NCBI RefSeq assembly: GCF_006345805.1
Contig: NC_043005.1
Coordinates: 67,084,001-67,148,000, forward strand
DNA: 64,000 nt
Source: Octopus sinensis
Lineage: Eukaryota
Reading direction: 5' to 3'
Positions 1 through 15,691 of the stretch are shown one piece after another (position 1 is the stretch's first letter; the number at the start of each line of letters is the position of its first letter). The translations under genes and the position numbers were made by a program. The notes beneath the pieces were generated by a model. The model searched no databases. It was not told the origin of the DNA and saw only the letters and a program-made list of their open reading frames with translations.

Positions 1-414
1 GAGATCACGTATAAGTTTGGTTTACAGAAATAATATCCCTGTTCGTATAATCAATGAGGTGTACTAAGCACAAAGGAGAATAATGAATGATAAATAAAAT
101 TCTGAAATTGTCGTGTCTTTTTTAATGCTATGAACCCGGTAATTAAATTGACATAGTTTCAACAATTAAACTAAAACTGCTAAAGGTTTCTAGTTTTAAA
201 CAGCTGACTTTTATTAAAATTTGTAACTATAATATGATAAAAGTGAATATTTTCAACATAGTTCGTATTTTAATTACTTCGGTGAAAAGATAACCTTATT
301 AGTGATTCGCAAAAAATATGAATTTTTGAGTTAATAAATTAAGTAAATTGGAAACACTCGCTTGAGTTGATGCAGTAACACATAGACACATAAATACATA
401 CATCTATAAGTATG

Positions 415-445
<31 letters not shown>

Positions 446-1574
446 ATGTGTATGTGGGGGGGATGTCTGTACATGTATACATATATATACATGCATGTAT
501 AAACACGCACGCATATATATATATATTCCTTACACTTTTACTTGTTTCTGTCTCTGGGTTATATACATTCTAGAGCACCGCCTACTCACGTACGCAAGCA
601 CATGCGCACGCACAGAGACGCGCACACGCGCGAGCACACACACATCTTTACGTTTCCGACAGATTAATACCAAGTAGTGTAAAGAATTGCTGTAGTATAT
701 AAACTACTCACTGCATTAGTTAACTTTAATATGTTTTCCCTCTATGCCACTACTGTTACCAGTAAAGGTTATATATGTCTCTCTCTACGCTTGGCAAACG
801 AATTTGATTGAACGGATTATATTCCCAATCCCTCGAGGGAGAATTGAATTTAGGTATGACGTCAAACCTAAAAAATGATAGATTACAATTTAATCCTGAA
901 GACCAGTGAAGACATTGACAGATAGATCAGAGAAACCCTGAAATATACAAATTTCTTTGAATAGACATCAGAGAAGCCAAAAGGAAATTTTGTTTCTTTC
1001 CAATTACGAAAATCCTATTAAAGTTATCACTAAAAAGCAAAACCAATGTTACTGACACAACATCAAAACATTATTAAAAACTAATTAATCTAGAATGTAG
1101 AATTGTATTGTTTTTTACTTTATTTTATAGGAAATAGTAAATAGGAAAATATTGAGCATGCTGTTGAAAAGAATCATAACTGAAGCAATACTGCAATGAA
1201 CCAGTAGTCGTGTTATACAATCAGCCATTTAGTTTTAACATAAGGTTACAGTAACAGTAAGCACATAATCTTATTTTCAATATTTTGTAAAGGTTAAATT
1301 TTAAGTTATTTTAACACTTGTGGACTCAGAATGAGCTACTCTATGAACGGTAACATTCTAGCTGTGACCATCTCGTCATAAACATAAGTGCTGTAAACAG
1401 GACTAAATTAGATTCCTCACAGCATCCTATTACATGGAAAATTAACTGTTAATTCTAGTAGGACAGGGAACCATGTTAGAAGTTATCCTGAACAGCTGGG
1501 TTAGAGATTCACTTCATTGATGTTGTAATTGTGTACCTTGAGATCTATTTGATCATCACTTCTATTTCATGCAA

Positions 1575-1708
1575 TGTTGTGTGCACGCCCCCAGACGATG
1601 AAGTAGGCTAGCCCAATACGTAGATATACAGGAAGAAGTCTAGACGTCAGGAGAGTAGAGGAGCAGAGTAGGAGTTTAGTAGAGGCCATCCGAACGTGCG
1701 ACATAACA
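1575..1708 (+). mobile_element. Solo short LTR (134 bp)
   Basis: Begins TGTTGTG and ends ATAACA (TG..CA, TGTT/AACA termini). Clearly similar to 54908-55024, which is followed by a primer-binding site. Flanks TGCAA/TTCAA match 4/5 as a 5-bp TSD. Confidence 0.6.
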
Positions 1709-4700
1709 TTCAAACTTATAGAAATTTTGTTAGTGTGCTTTTAAGAGACAGGCGAGCAATTCTCGTAAAATTATAAAAGTTACCGACAATAGAAAGACAC
1801 AACACTTTTTACAAATAAAATATTATACAAGACAGTATATTTAATACAAAATAAATATCATAATAGAAAGTCAAAGCTTATTGCTATATGCTGAAAAATT
1901 TATGATGTTTATTATTATTATTGTATGATTACGTAGACCACACAGTCCTGAATGCAAAAATAATTAGAGTATTTTTTTTTCTTTTCGTCAATTTGTATTC
2001 ACCACGGTAGATATATTAAGTAGAAATGCACTTTATCAGTAAAATTATAAGAGGTACAGTTTTTTTTCTAACAAATTAATATGATCTATAGCTGGAAGAT
2101 AACAAAATTGTAGTTAAGAAATGTTTTGGATGAAATTTCATGTACCATAACTATCCAAATAATATTTGTATTTGTATTCGATTTAACAGCATGAAAATTA
2201 TATAACTGAAACAAAGTGAAATCCAATTTTCATATTAGTATACATTACAAGAGTACTAGCAACAGTAGAGATACAAAATGTTATGGGGATATCAAAGCAA
2301 GTTTATACAGTAATTTATTGGACACATCAATTTTATTAGGCAATGGAGTTCGTTTTTATAAATACAACTGAGAAAACACTTTTACAATTCTTTTAAAAGT
2401 TTAATTCTTACTCTCCTTCTTAGACTAATCGTCTGCTTATTTCGACTTCTCTACCGTTCGCAAGCTTCCCGTTCTTTCTGACACTTTTCTAACAACATAA
2501 GCATTATTCGGAGAGAACTCGGCGATTGTAAGATTGTGCATTGTTCATATTTACAACTATAGAGTCTAAGAAAAGCTAGTCATTAAGATTATCATTCCAT
2601 AGACTATTAATCGCACCATTACATTAGAGAATAGGCTTTCCTAGTAATTCTTAATAATATGTTTACACTACGCTTTAATCGGTTTAATTTGTGATCCTTA
2701 GCAGATGTTTTATTCTTGTATGAGTGCAGACAATCTAGTGTAGAGGAAAATATTATAAAAAGATATTCTCTACAGATGCGTTTACTCTCAGCTCTGTCAT
2801 TTGTTTCAATTTTGGTGGTGAGTTATTCTGTTATGAAATTTCTACTCACTGTATGGTGATGAAATGAAAATATCTTTTGTATGAATAATTGAACCTAAGG
2901 CTGCTTTATTCAAATGTAATGTTTATGTACGTCGGTACACATAAAGAGGTATTGACATATGCATAAATGTACACGTATATACCAAATGAACTCATCACAG
3001 TTTCAGGTTTCCAAATTACTTTCGAAAGGCACTTATCTAAGATGCAACACAGCATTTGTTTATGAAACGAACCTCTTACTCACGCAGTCATACCAGCCTG
3101 CATATATACATATTCATCCATCCCTCCGTTCATCCATCTATCCATCCAGACATCCAGCCAGCTATGCAAGCATGTATGCATACACACATACTTATTATAC
3201 ATACATACTTACATACATATAGACAAACAAGAAGACATGCATATGTACAAGTGAGTGTGCGTTCGTACGTATAGCTATAAAGGAGCGTGTACAAACACTC
3301 GCTTTCTCTATAAACCGAAAACCTAAAATATGATAACTAAAAGTCAACTAGAACAGACATTCTAACTAATTTTCTTTGTTGCAATCGGCTAAATCATTGT
3401 CAATATAATGTCTCAAAGCGTCATTCAATAAACCTGATGGGTAGAAATCTATTAATACATCACGTATTGGCTTTTTTCTTGAATAATTTCAATTCCAGAA
3501 GCATTAGTCTATGTAAACTTTCTATATAATGAATGATAAATCATATAATATTATATTGGTGTTTCATTAGTCATTATGTTTCAAGCAAGAGATAAAATTT
3601 CTGAAATCAAAGACATGAAAGGGAAAACCTCCGTTTATTAAGATCAGTGACCATATATTATTTTTTTACACTATCATTTTATTTAGGTAATATTAGTTAG
3701 CCAAAAGACTAGAACTAATTATCGTTAAATTGCATTATATATATAAATTATGTGCCATTACGTCCAGTCCACTGATCTCAAAGCACTTTAGTGTCGCTAC
3801 GGTTGCTTTTCAAATCTGAAATGGCTGACAATCTCCTTAGCCGACATCAATCACTATTTCACTGTAGTTAACGTTATATTGTTTAATATAAACAGAATTA
3901 TGACTTAATTAAATTGAAGTCATTAATTACATCCTCTTCAGTAAGAACTGCGCCGCATAGAAGAGAGTACACATCAGGATTAATTATAATGTAACCTGAT
4001 TTCGTGTTTTACTCGTCAACATCTCGCATCTACGCAAATAATGCTTCTATAAAAATATATATATGCCACATTCACAATCTAATTCTGCACCTGAAATATA
4101 GAAAAGGCACTGGTGTGTGTCGGAAGAAATCGATATTATGTGACTCGCAGTATAGAAAATCTCGACGAAAAGAAACCGCAGGGTCATTTTAATTTTCCTT
4201 GTGTTTGCAGCTGATTTCTATATATCAACGCCTATGAATTAGACATCATTTCAAAACATCGGATTTCTTTCATCAGTGATAAATTCGGATCATTTTATCA
4301 ATTAAGAGAAATAAATTCAACGCAAATTAAGAGCAGCAAGCTTTTCAGAGAAATAATAAGAAAGCAACCATATTATCATATATGCAGTTATCATGTACTA
4401 TTTTAAAGAAAGCAATATCTCACTGAAAATTTAAAGCATTTGAAATAATAAATAGATAAATAAATTGTCTTTTTCTGTGTCTTTCTTTCTAGTTTTCTGT
4501 TCACCTATCTACCTCAGAAACTGCTACAGGGTTAAGAATACATAATCACGGGTTTCCAGCTGCAGCTGATAAGTCACCGTTCAGAAATCCGCCAACAACA
4601 TAAAAAGTCCGTTGCAGTAGACATTACTGTTATCTATCAATATGAGCTTCGAATATTGCTGCTGTGAAGTCGTCAATTTCTCTGCATTGATCGACAACCG

Positions 4701-6979
4701 AAATCTCAACACATATTCCACTGCAGCAATTAATACTGCCTTTAGTATTATCGATTACAATTTTTATTTTCTATCTCCACACAACAAAGTACATAATACA
4801 TTGATAAAGTCTATAGAGAAAATAAAGTAAGAACGTAAACATCGTATATATTTATCGACATATCGGCTTGGGCAGATTTGTGCGTAACAAATTAAATATG
4901 TTTTTATGCATATCATATATAATAAAAGATTTATACATCCACATAGGAAAAATTTCGTATGTTATGGATAGGATACACAGGAATCCGTATAGAATGCAGT
5001 ATTCTTTTGCCGAAGTAATATCATTCTGGTATAAGGCAAAAGCCATATATTAATAGTGTGATGCTAAGGTTATTTCGATGTATCGTGATATATCAGATTT
5101 TAATATTGAAATTATATCTTCGCAACTATAAAAACTATTTAAAATATTTGCCTCTTGACCACCAGAACGTCATAGTTCTGTTGGTGAACACTCGTGATAC
5201 GACTTGTGCGCATTTTAAACCTCTGGGAACATATACCTTGGAAAACCTGAATACAGATGATTCCTTCCTGAGATAAAACAGAAGGGAAATTAAATATTGA
5301 ATAGCGAGGAATAAGAAAATCGAGCCAATACAACACTAGCATATTAAATATCAACGCAATAAAGATGTGAAGGAAGCTAATGTCGGTTGGATTTGAAAAC
5401 AGCGCGAAGAAAGCCAGAACACGTGCTTCAAGTTATTCGGTCTAAAGTGCGAATAATCTTATTTATAACTCATTAGCTTATTAGTAAAATTATTAGCGGC
5501 TAAAAGCGACAATTATGGATTAATTCACACACTCTAAATTTCGATGCGATATGCATAGAGAAAGATATTATACATATTTCTTTATGCCATGCATGATGCT
5601 AATAAAATAATATTGATAGATTGATTTTTCGAACATAAATATGGATCAAGGTACGAAGACCGATTGATCTTAGCAGAAGAATGAAGCAAGGAGTTGAAGC
5701 ATTGCTGATTTTTCTCCCTCTCTCTATCTGTATATCTACATATCTGTCTATCTAGTTATCTGTCTTTCCCTGTCACCTACACACTATAGCACACACACAC
5801 TCTCTCTCTCTTTCCCTATATCTATTTATCTGTATATCTGTCTCTAACTCTCTCCCTCTATTTATCTATCTATATAAATATATATATATACCCGTGCATT
5901 GCATGTTCTGGAGTGCATAGATAATCTGAGTTGAATATAAATCCTTCGATCGAAGGTTCATGCTAGAACGATCTTCAGGCAAGAACTGTTACAAATGTAT
6001 TTCGTGTTATATTCATATAAGTTGTTAATTTTGTAGTTTCAGGATTACAACTATTTATGGCCTCCTTATTCGTGGTCGTTGAGAGGTTATTTCATTTCGT
6101 CAGGGATTATACAACCTAATATGATGTTTAGTAACCTTCTAAATTAGGACTTTGAGAATAGTGATGACTTCTTCAATTAAACTTACATATATAGCAACTG
6201 AAAAGTGTTGATCACAATATCTGTTTTCTCCATAACAGGAATATAGATCACAATAAATTAAAGACGTAAAAATGTATATATTCCATACATAATTATGTTG
6301 AATCTAAATCTAAGTATAAATGTGTATTTAATATATATATATGTGTGTGTATGTGTGTGTGAATCAGTATATATGCCACTAACATTTAGCGAATAATTTG
6401 TATATATATAGTTGTACATTTGTATGTTGCTCATATAAATATGAGAAATACACTAACATTCATATATACATGCATTGTAAACATGATACACAGGCAGATA
6501 TGCCGTGTTCACATTTGTGCTCGTATATACTTACATGAACATATGTGTGTGTATGTATGTATATTCATATATATATATATACGTATGCATGTGAGTGCGT
6601 ATGTATATTCACATTAATGGCATATAGACAAGTATAAGAACACATATATACAAACATATTTATATATATAAACGTACATGCATATAAATTTCCCACACAA
6701 CACACATAGATAAGCGCACACGCGCACTCAGACACACACACACACACACACATATACATATATATATTGATAGATATGGTAAGACAACAAAAGAATGGAA
6801 GAGACCTCGATATTATAATAGAGGAATTTATCTGTAAATATAATATGTGACAATTATTCGGTAGCCATTATAAAACTCCGAGTTTCGGATGTCAGGGCGC
6901 AAACCCACGCCACAATCTCTTCAGTTATCTGGCAATCGAAAAAATGCTATGAAAATGACTGTTTATATATGTTTATATG

Positions 6980-7013
<34 letters not shown>

Positions 7014-7587
7014 TGTATGTATGTATGTATGCATGTATGTATGTATGTATGTATGTAAGTATGTATGTATATGTGTGCTAGTATGTTGATAAATACAATA
7101 TGGTGCATCAGAACAACTGATGGAATTCTTCATTAGTGTATTTATTTATATACTGGCAAAGGTATTCTTCACATTTAAAGGCTTCTCTTCATGCATATCA
7201 GTGTGCTAGTTAATTATTTCCTACTTTATTAGTCATATACAAATCGGTACCCTATCAAACTCATTCGCATTCTTATGTGCAAGTATGATACATAATCAAA
7301 TTCGGGTTTTGCAGTGTCTTGTGTACTCCACTATCCAATGTCATACGATGTGGGGCGCCAATTACAAGATAGGTTAGTATGCGGGATACGAGCCAAATAT
7401 TAGATTAAAACATAAATAAGCGGGGAAAAGATATGCCGTTCACAGTTTGGTAAGTCATGCAGGTGTTACGCCAAAAAGTCCAAATTACTACGCTGAAATA
7501 TTTTGCAACCATGCTTTGTACCTCATCAATATCCCGCAATGTTTTTATACATATGCATGGATATACTCATACATACATACATAATAC

Positions 7588-7628
<41 letters not shown>

Positions 7629-7646
7629 TATACATATATTTATGTG

Positions 7647-7699
<53 letters not shown>

Positions 7700-7879
7700 A
7701 TATATATACATACATATATCTATATAATCATATGTATATCTATATATACACACAGCACGCACACAAATATGCAGGATCGCCATTTTACACGTTTAATTTT
7801 GCGCATACGCATTGTTGTTTTTGTCGACTACACAGAAATTTGAAAACGATATACTGTACTGCTTTGCACTCGAGCTGGT

Positions 7880-8503
7880 AGCTCCAAAACGAACGGACGG
7901 TGAACACACAGAATAACCATTGGCTTGTCGAGAATGATGAAAATCAAACATCCAGTCAACATCATCTTCCCCCACGGCCTCAGACTCACCATGGATGTCT
8001 ACATCAAGTGCCTTGAAGAGTTAGTACTGCGCTGCCTCAAGAGGGTAACCTGTGGAAGACCCTGTATCCGCAACAGGACTCTGCACCATGCTACGCAAGC
8101 AAGGGAACCCAGTCATAGCTATCAAACAATTTCTGCGACCACCTCATCCCTAAAATCTGGCCACCTAACTCCACAGATGGCAGCATCCGTGATTATTATG
8201 TGTGGAGCGCAGTTAAGCGAGAGACCAACAAAACGCCTTGTAACACCAACATTAAACTGAAGGCAAGGATTATGACAGCATTCACCAACTTAATCAGGGA
8301 AACCGTCCAGAAGTGTTGCAGGAGATTCCGAAGTCGTCTGGAGCCGAAGTTGAAGACTATGGCGATTTTATTGAATAAATCTAGTCTTTAGTATTTCAAG
8401 CTATTTTTATGTAATTTTTGTAAGTGTATTTGTTAAAATGCGAATTCAGTGTTATTATGATTTATGCGAAATTTAGATGACAATATATTCACCGCACACA
8501 GTA
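7880..8503 (+). pseudogene. Tc1/mariner DD37D (maT-like) transposase relic, 3' half
   Basis: The frame from 8071 reads QQDSAPCYASKGTQS*LSNNFCDHLIPKIWPPNSTDGSIRDYYVWSAVKRETN. There are 37 residues between D (8077) and D (8191) and a WPPNS(P)D-like motif. It carries a stop and frameshifts and ends near a TIR-like ...CACACAGTA. Confidence 0.8.
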
Positions 8504-9432
8504 TATGTCCATTTAAATGTGGCTGTTCTGTTAGAACAAACTACACTGCGGTAGATAACATGAGAGCAATTCTCATATTGGCTTTTGTTGCAAATTGGCC
8601 ACTTGGTATGTATTGCAGTGTAGTTTTGTTTTAACAGAACATCGACGTCTAAGTGGGCATAAATATTACCTATCGGTTTTAATATTGTTTCTGTCACTAA
8701 TAAATATTTTATATTTGTATGTTTGTGTATATGTATGTGTATGTCTATATTTATATATGAATTTGGCGCCATGATCAAGAATATCGTTGGCTTTACTCTG
8801 GTGTAGCCGAGCTGTTTCCTCATGAATATGTGAAGACATTCCTTGCTGTGTGGCCAGGATTTTATGTCACACTCGAAAACATATCCTATCATAAATTTTT
8901 TAACACGTTTCTATTCACTGTAATGATCTCTTCCTAAAATGTTTGCTCTGTATATAATCGTGTATAGGTATCTATTTAGAGTGAATTCATAGAAAATTGC
9001 ATTAAATAATAAAAATGAAATCAGCTATAAAAAAAAAAAACTATTCACATACGTTGATAATGTCCACTGTTAATGTCATGTGGAATGTGATAATGGGTGA
9101 AAATTGATAATTAACATCGAATGAGATATGATAATTGCAAATTTGAATTGATAATCTTGAGTGAAAATAAATAATCTTGAACAGCAAATGGTAATGACGA
9201 ATAGAAACTGGTAATACTGAATGGATCGAGATAATTTTAAATGAAAATTCATAATTGTAAGTGTGAAGTGGTACTGTTGAAAGGAAAGTAATGGCGTTGA
9301 TTAGAATATGTTAATGCTGAGCTGGAGTTATAATGTTGAGTGATAAATATTACTGAACGGATAGTGATACAGCTGAATTGGGTGGTGGTATTCTGAATTA
9401 TTTAGGATTTAATAATAATCTTTTCTACTCTA

Positions 9433-9996
9433 GGCACAGGGCCCGAAATTTTAGGGGAGGAAGCCAGTCGATTAGATCGATCCACTACGAAATTGGTAAT
9501 TTAATTTATCGACCCCGAAAGGATAAGATGCAAAGTCGACCTCGGCGGAATTTGAACTCAGAACATAAAGACAGACGAAATACCTATTTATTTACTACCC
9601 ACTAGGGGCTAAACACAGGGGGGACAAACAAGGACAGACAAACGGATTAAGCCGATTATATCGACCCCTGTGCGTAACTGGTACTTATTTAATCAACCTC
9701 GAAAGGATGAAAGGCAAAGTCGACCTCGGCAGAATTTGAACTCAGAACGTAACGGCATACGAAATACCTATTTATTTACTACCCACAAGGGGCCAAACAC
9801 AGAGAGGACAAACAAGGACATACAAACGGATGAAGTCGATTATATCGACCCCAGTGAATAACTGGTACTTATTTAATCGACCTCGAAAGGATGTAATGCA
9901 AAGTCGACCTCGGCGGAATTTGAACTCAGAACGTAGCGGCAGACGAAATACCGCTATGCATTTCACCCGGCGTGCTAACGTTTCTGCCAGCTCGCC
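9433..9996 (-). repeat. Tandem array (184-bp period) of SINE family 2 core
   Basis: CAAAGTCGACCTCGGC recurs at 9531, 9715 and 9899. The SINE head (reverse complement GGCGAGCTGGCAGAAACGTTAGCACG) is present only at the right end. Confidence 0.75.
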
Positions 9997-10075
9997 TATT
10001 TTAATAATAATGCATATACAATGTTCATGAACACGTGCACACACACACACACGCACACATATATAATATATATAT

Positions 10076-10133
<58 letters not shown>

Positions 10134-10178
10134 CACCAACACACATACATACATATATATATATAAATATACACACAA

Positions 10179-10255
<77 letters not shown>

Positions 10256-12376
10256 TATATAGATGTATGTGTATATATATTCATATATATAGGCATACAT
10301 ATAAGTAATTGCCCTGTGTGGGGGACGGGTCTTAGTAAGTGAGTGGGTCTAAAAGTATTACACCTTAGTCTCGGTGATCCGCAGATAAATGTCTTTTGTA
10401 CCCTAATGCAGATATATATGTTTAAATGAAACACATAACTGAAGCATTTAGATTTTCGAAGTTGCTCTCCTCAATGTGTTCCCCACACCATGCTTAATCT
10501 CGCTCACTTCTAATGCTCTTTATTAACCTATTATATTTGGTCTTCTTATTGTTACATATACGCCAGAGTTTTCACAAGTATTTCCAACTGAGGAATCAGA
10601 AATCGCCACATATCAAGTGGATATGTATGGAATGACTCGTACATATTTAACTTTGCAAAAGACAATCAAAGTTGAATATCTCTGAAATGAACTTAACATT
10701 TAGAAGCCTGTCACGGAACCACTTCACGACGCTCGACCCGCTACACAAAGTACCGAAAAACGCTGAGGTCCCACCATACCATATTAGAAAATGAAATGAT
10801 ACATTAGAAAGCGCTAAGTATACTACTTGGTGATCAAGGCCGGAATGCTTTTGATCATAGTTTTAATAGTGCAGTGTTTACGGAATCTCAACAAGGAAAA
10901 CTAGTTTGGGTTCGTGAATCACCATGTCACTTATTATTAAGTACTATTGCAAAATACTTATTTAAGTATATGTCCTCCCTGAGCTTTACAGAAAAAGTAG
11001 TAAAACCTTTCATAACTCACACAATATCACCTTAAAATAGACTCTGAATAGTGAAGTCCACGTTTATACGATGGCAATAAAAAAAAAATGGAAAATAAGA
11101 TCTTCAAATCTGAAATGCTTTCGCTGAGGACTCCTTGAATTTGAACAATTACATTCAAACTGAAATTTTTTTGTCACTTAATTTTTTAGACCCTCTAATA
11201 TCCAACTATTACATTAAAACTGAATTTTTTCTTTCACTTATTTTTTCAGACCCTGTAATATCCTGTGTGTAATTTTATACTCGTATAGGCTATGCGTCTA
11301 ATTTCTACATTCATGTATTCCTAACGCTCTTTGCAAAATGAATATATGCGCGCGTGTGTGTATCTGTTCGATATTACATAACCGTTGCTCTCATTCATTC
11401 TTTCACTGATTATCTATTTTACCCATCTTACGAAATACTGCATTATATATAGTACAGGCTTTGTTATATCAATCTACTACAAGTTTGCACAAACAATTAT
11501 CTAATTTTGGGTTTTCATTTATTTGCAATCGCTAATGTATGTAATTTAGTTCTATATAGTAATTTTCAAATGAACACAGCCTGTTGATCAACTCGGTATA
11601 ATGTCTTGTATATAATAATAGTATGATAAGGTGAGCACGTTTCTGAGAGTACCGAAATATTGTAAACTGGCAAAGCTTCCTCTATTCTGCGATGTAGGTT
11701 TTCCTACAAAAACAACATTGAAAGTATTTTCTCGTGTAAAATGAATTAATTTTATCCAAAGTGTGCTAAAGGATATTCCTGATGCTATCATTACGAAATC
11801 CAGATCACCAAACAAGTATATCTAGATATTGATCGGTGTTTTTTCAAAACAAGTCTCTATCGCGAATATTTTACGTACAGCGAATCAACGACCCGTTTTT
11901 ATAGTAACAGTGCCTGTTTTTGTAGTAACAGGGATCCAATTGTTATTACTAGTTTGCTAGCTGACCACGAGGAGGGACTGACATCGACACCCCAGTGTGT
12001 ATTTTTGGACGCATGGTTGAAGACATTCATTAGACAAAGTCGGTTATATAGAAAGAGCAGCACAATTTAACAGACAAAATAAAATGTGTAAGATATTTCA
12101 TTTGACGAATGAAAAATAAAAATCCGGTCTGCAACTACCTGTTGAGATACAGTCTATAATTACCCTCAGTTTATAGTGTGCGTAAGATTTTCGTATGTAT
12201 TTATGTAATATTTCAACTGATACACACTTATACAAACTAAATTTTCTGTCACTCTCTCTATCTCCGTCACTTTACTTTTCTTTCTTTATCTCTCACACAC
12301 GGACACACACAGATGTGTATATTCAAAAGGATATTAACGTAGATGGTTTTGCATATGTGCATAATATTATTTCAGT

Positions 12377-12443
<67 letters not shown>

Positions 12444-12744
12444 AAATATACATATATATCTACCTATCTATATATATATTATATATATATATATATATAC
12501 ATACATATACACATACATATATATATATATTATATATTTAGGCATATATATATATATGTATGTAAAACTAATATACGCATACATATTAATATATAAGTAC
12601 ATACACACGAACACATGCATGTGTATATATGTATATGTGTATGTGTGTGTGTTTATAAGCAGAGAGAGGGGAGGCAGAGAAAGACGGGACATAGACTGAT
12701 AAACAGAGACAAAGAGAGATACATAGACTGACAGATAGATAGAT

Positions 12745-12778
<34 letters not shown>

Positions 12779-13369
12779 AATAGATAGATATAGACGAAAG
12801 GAGAGAAAGGTGTAGAGATACTTGTACTTCTATATGATTCTATGTGTGACTGCATTGATAATCCGCCGTCAAATATACAAGAGGCAGATGTGAAGTTGTT
12901 GACCATGCATTGGGGTACATCCGAGTGAAGGTAGTAGTTACTATGACACACCATATCATAAGGAATTCTCATTTCCTGATTATGCTAGCCGCCGTTGTTG
13001 TCTCTTGAGGTCCCTAGCTTTCATTATATTGAAGCAAAATATAAGTGCATGTCCGTGTGCATGTGTTCGAGTGAGAGTGCTTGTGACAGTGAAGGTGTGC
13101 GTGTGCATGTACGCGCTTGTGTGTGTATGTGTGTGCGTGGTGCGTGTGTGTGTGCTACTCCAGGCTGCAAATAATCTTACGCATACATTTACACATTTTA
13201 AATACCATGCTGGAAGCAATAAGTATACGTTCATTAATAAACACACACATATATGCATGCACGTATACACATACCCATATACATACAAGCATACATAAAA
13301 ACATACATACACACATACGAATATATAAATACATATATACAAATATACATAATATATATATATCTACCT

Positions 13370-13377
13370 ATCTACCC

Positions 13378-13438
<61 letters not shown>
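13370..13438. repeat. (TATC)n microsatellite
   Basis: Read directly from the sequence. Confidence 0.95.
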
Positions 13439-13439
<1 letters not shown>

Positions 13440-13450
13440 AAGCACACATT

Positions 13451-13497
<47 letters not shown>

Positions 13498-14205
13498 ATA
13501 TATATATATATATAAATAGATGAGTGTATTTTACCTTGTTAACAAACACATGTGTCGAAAGTAAAAACATTGATTTACACCTGCGTTAAACTCCATTATT
13601 TATTCATATATATATATATATATATATAGTATATAGACACAAGCATATGAATATATATATATACAGAGAGAAAAGGAGAGAAAGAAGAGTGTAGGGCCAA
13701 AAAGATAGAGAGACGAGCAGACGCAGTCATGCACGTCGGTATGCAACAGAACAAGAACGATATATATATATACACACACATTTATATATATATATATATG
13801 CAGTAGAATATCTTTATGCATCACAATTAGATGATTCACGTTATCGCTGCACGCCGTTTCCTACAATATGATGTTGTGGCGTTAATTATAAGCGTCTGCA
13901 CGCGCACGTACTTTATATGATTGTGTGCGTGCATTAATGTGAAACTATGTGCATTCGTCACATGATTTTTGAATATTTTTCGCCTCTTCTGCTCAGGGTT
14001 ACCGTCTTAGTGTTTCTTCAGCTACATCTGCAGAAGCCCTGAAGATCGTATATATTGACGCGTTTGTTTCCATCTCTCTTTATATCCCTCTCTCTCTCTC
14101 TGTCTCTCCACACGCTCACTCTCACACACGTTCACTCACACACACACGCATACATATATCCATTCATAATGCAAGAATATATATGCATATATATCTGTAC
14201 ACACA

Positions 14206-14243
<38 letters not shown>

Positions 14244-14326
14244 GATATGCACACGTATATGTACATAATATATTCGTATACATTCATACATGCATTCATA
14301 TACATATTTATACACACACACTTATA

Positions 14327-14364
<38 letters not shown>

Positions 14365-14415
14365 TGCATACAAACAAACACACAGACATATATATATATA
14401 TGTACATGCATACAA

Positions 14416-14450
<35 letters not shown>

Positions 14451-14499
14451 CATACATACATATATCTATATGTATATATATATATCTGTATATAGATAG

Positions 14500-14519
14500 A
14501 TAGACAGACAGACAGACGG

Positions 14520-14606
<87 letters not shown>
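14500..14606. repeat. (ATAG)n microsatellite
   Basis: Read directly from the sequence. Confidence 0.95.
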
Positions 14607-14727
14607 TCACAGTATTGCTATAGCTAAATAGCGAATGTTGTTTTGAAGCAGGAGAGAAAGGGGGGAGAAAGAGAGAGAAAAAAAACAAGAGTGAGAGAGA
14701 GAATGGGACACAAAAGGAGGCATTGAA

Positions 14728-14785
14728 ATGAAGATAGAAAATGTTGATCTGCAGTACTTCTTATGCAGTATTTTACTGGGTCTTG
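14728..14785 (+). CDS. Candidate first coding exon of an unidentified spliced gene (MKIENVDLQYFLCSILLGL)
   Basis: ATG at 14728 and a strong donor G|GTGAGT at 14786; phase 1 fits the exon at 16880. No homology recognised. Confidence 0.22.
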
Positions 14786-15049
14786 GTGAGTAGAGGACGG
14801 AATGCGAAATTTCACTGGTCAACATAATACTGTATATCAAAATGTAGAAGCATTATATTGCAGGGATTTTATGCATTGGTTCGAATTTCATAATTCATGT
14901 AGAGTATATCGCATAGGAATAGAGCTAACAATCCATGATGATAGTGTTTATAATACCGTGATTAATAATTTTTTTATATCTAACAACACAATAAAACAAC
15001 ATTAATAATAACAATAATAATAATAATGATACCAACAATAATAATGGTG

Positions 15050-15150
15050 AGGCTATCAAATTTTGGCAGAAAGCCAGTAATTTCAGGAAGGGGGTAAGTT
15101 GATCGTATCGCCCCCAGTTTTTAACCGGAACTTATTTTATCGACCCTGAT
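15050..15150 (-). mobile_element. SINE family 2, 3' fragment
   Basis: Similar to the 3' half of the copies at 29543 and 30068; (ATT)n tail on the sense strand. Confidence 0.55.
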
Positions 15151-15174
15151 AAAATAAGAATAGTGATAAAATCA

Positions 15175-15216
15175 ACAGACAAATAGATTGATAGATAGCA
15201 AGATAGATAGATAAGG

Positions 15217-15294
<78 letters not shown>

Positions 15295-15467
15295 TACTCA
15301 CAGACAGAATCGCAGCTATATGAATAGATATATAAATAGATAAATACTCCGACCGACGTACAGGCAGATAGGCAGATATAGAGGCAGACAAACAGAGAGG
15401 CATGCAGACAGGCAGACAGCCTGACAGACAGATAGATGGATAGATAGGTAGAAAGACAGACAGACAA

Positions 15468-15533
<66 letters not shown>

Positions 15534-15610
15534 ATAGAGAGAGAGAGAGGTTGACAGACTGGTAGGTAGGTAGATAGATAGACAGATAGACAGACAGATA
15601 GACAGACAGT

Positions 15611-15690
<80 letters not shown>
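15175..15690. repeat. Compound (ATAG)n/(ACAG)n/(AG)n microsatellite block
   Basis: Read directly; source of the YLSI/IYLS ORFs. Confidence 0.9.

Positions 15691-15691
<1 letters not shown>

Noticed and set aside
9433-9996. Regularly spaced repeats suggestive of a CRISPR array
   Set aside because: The spacers are near-identical, the unit is SINE-derived and the context is eukaryotic with no cas genes.
11148-11263. 60-bp tandem duplication ending in AGACCCT(C/G)TA, like a Tc1 terminus
   Set aside because: No matching opposite terminus or transposase was found; too little to call an element.
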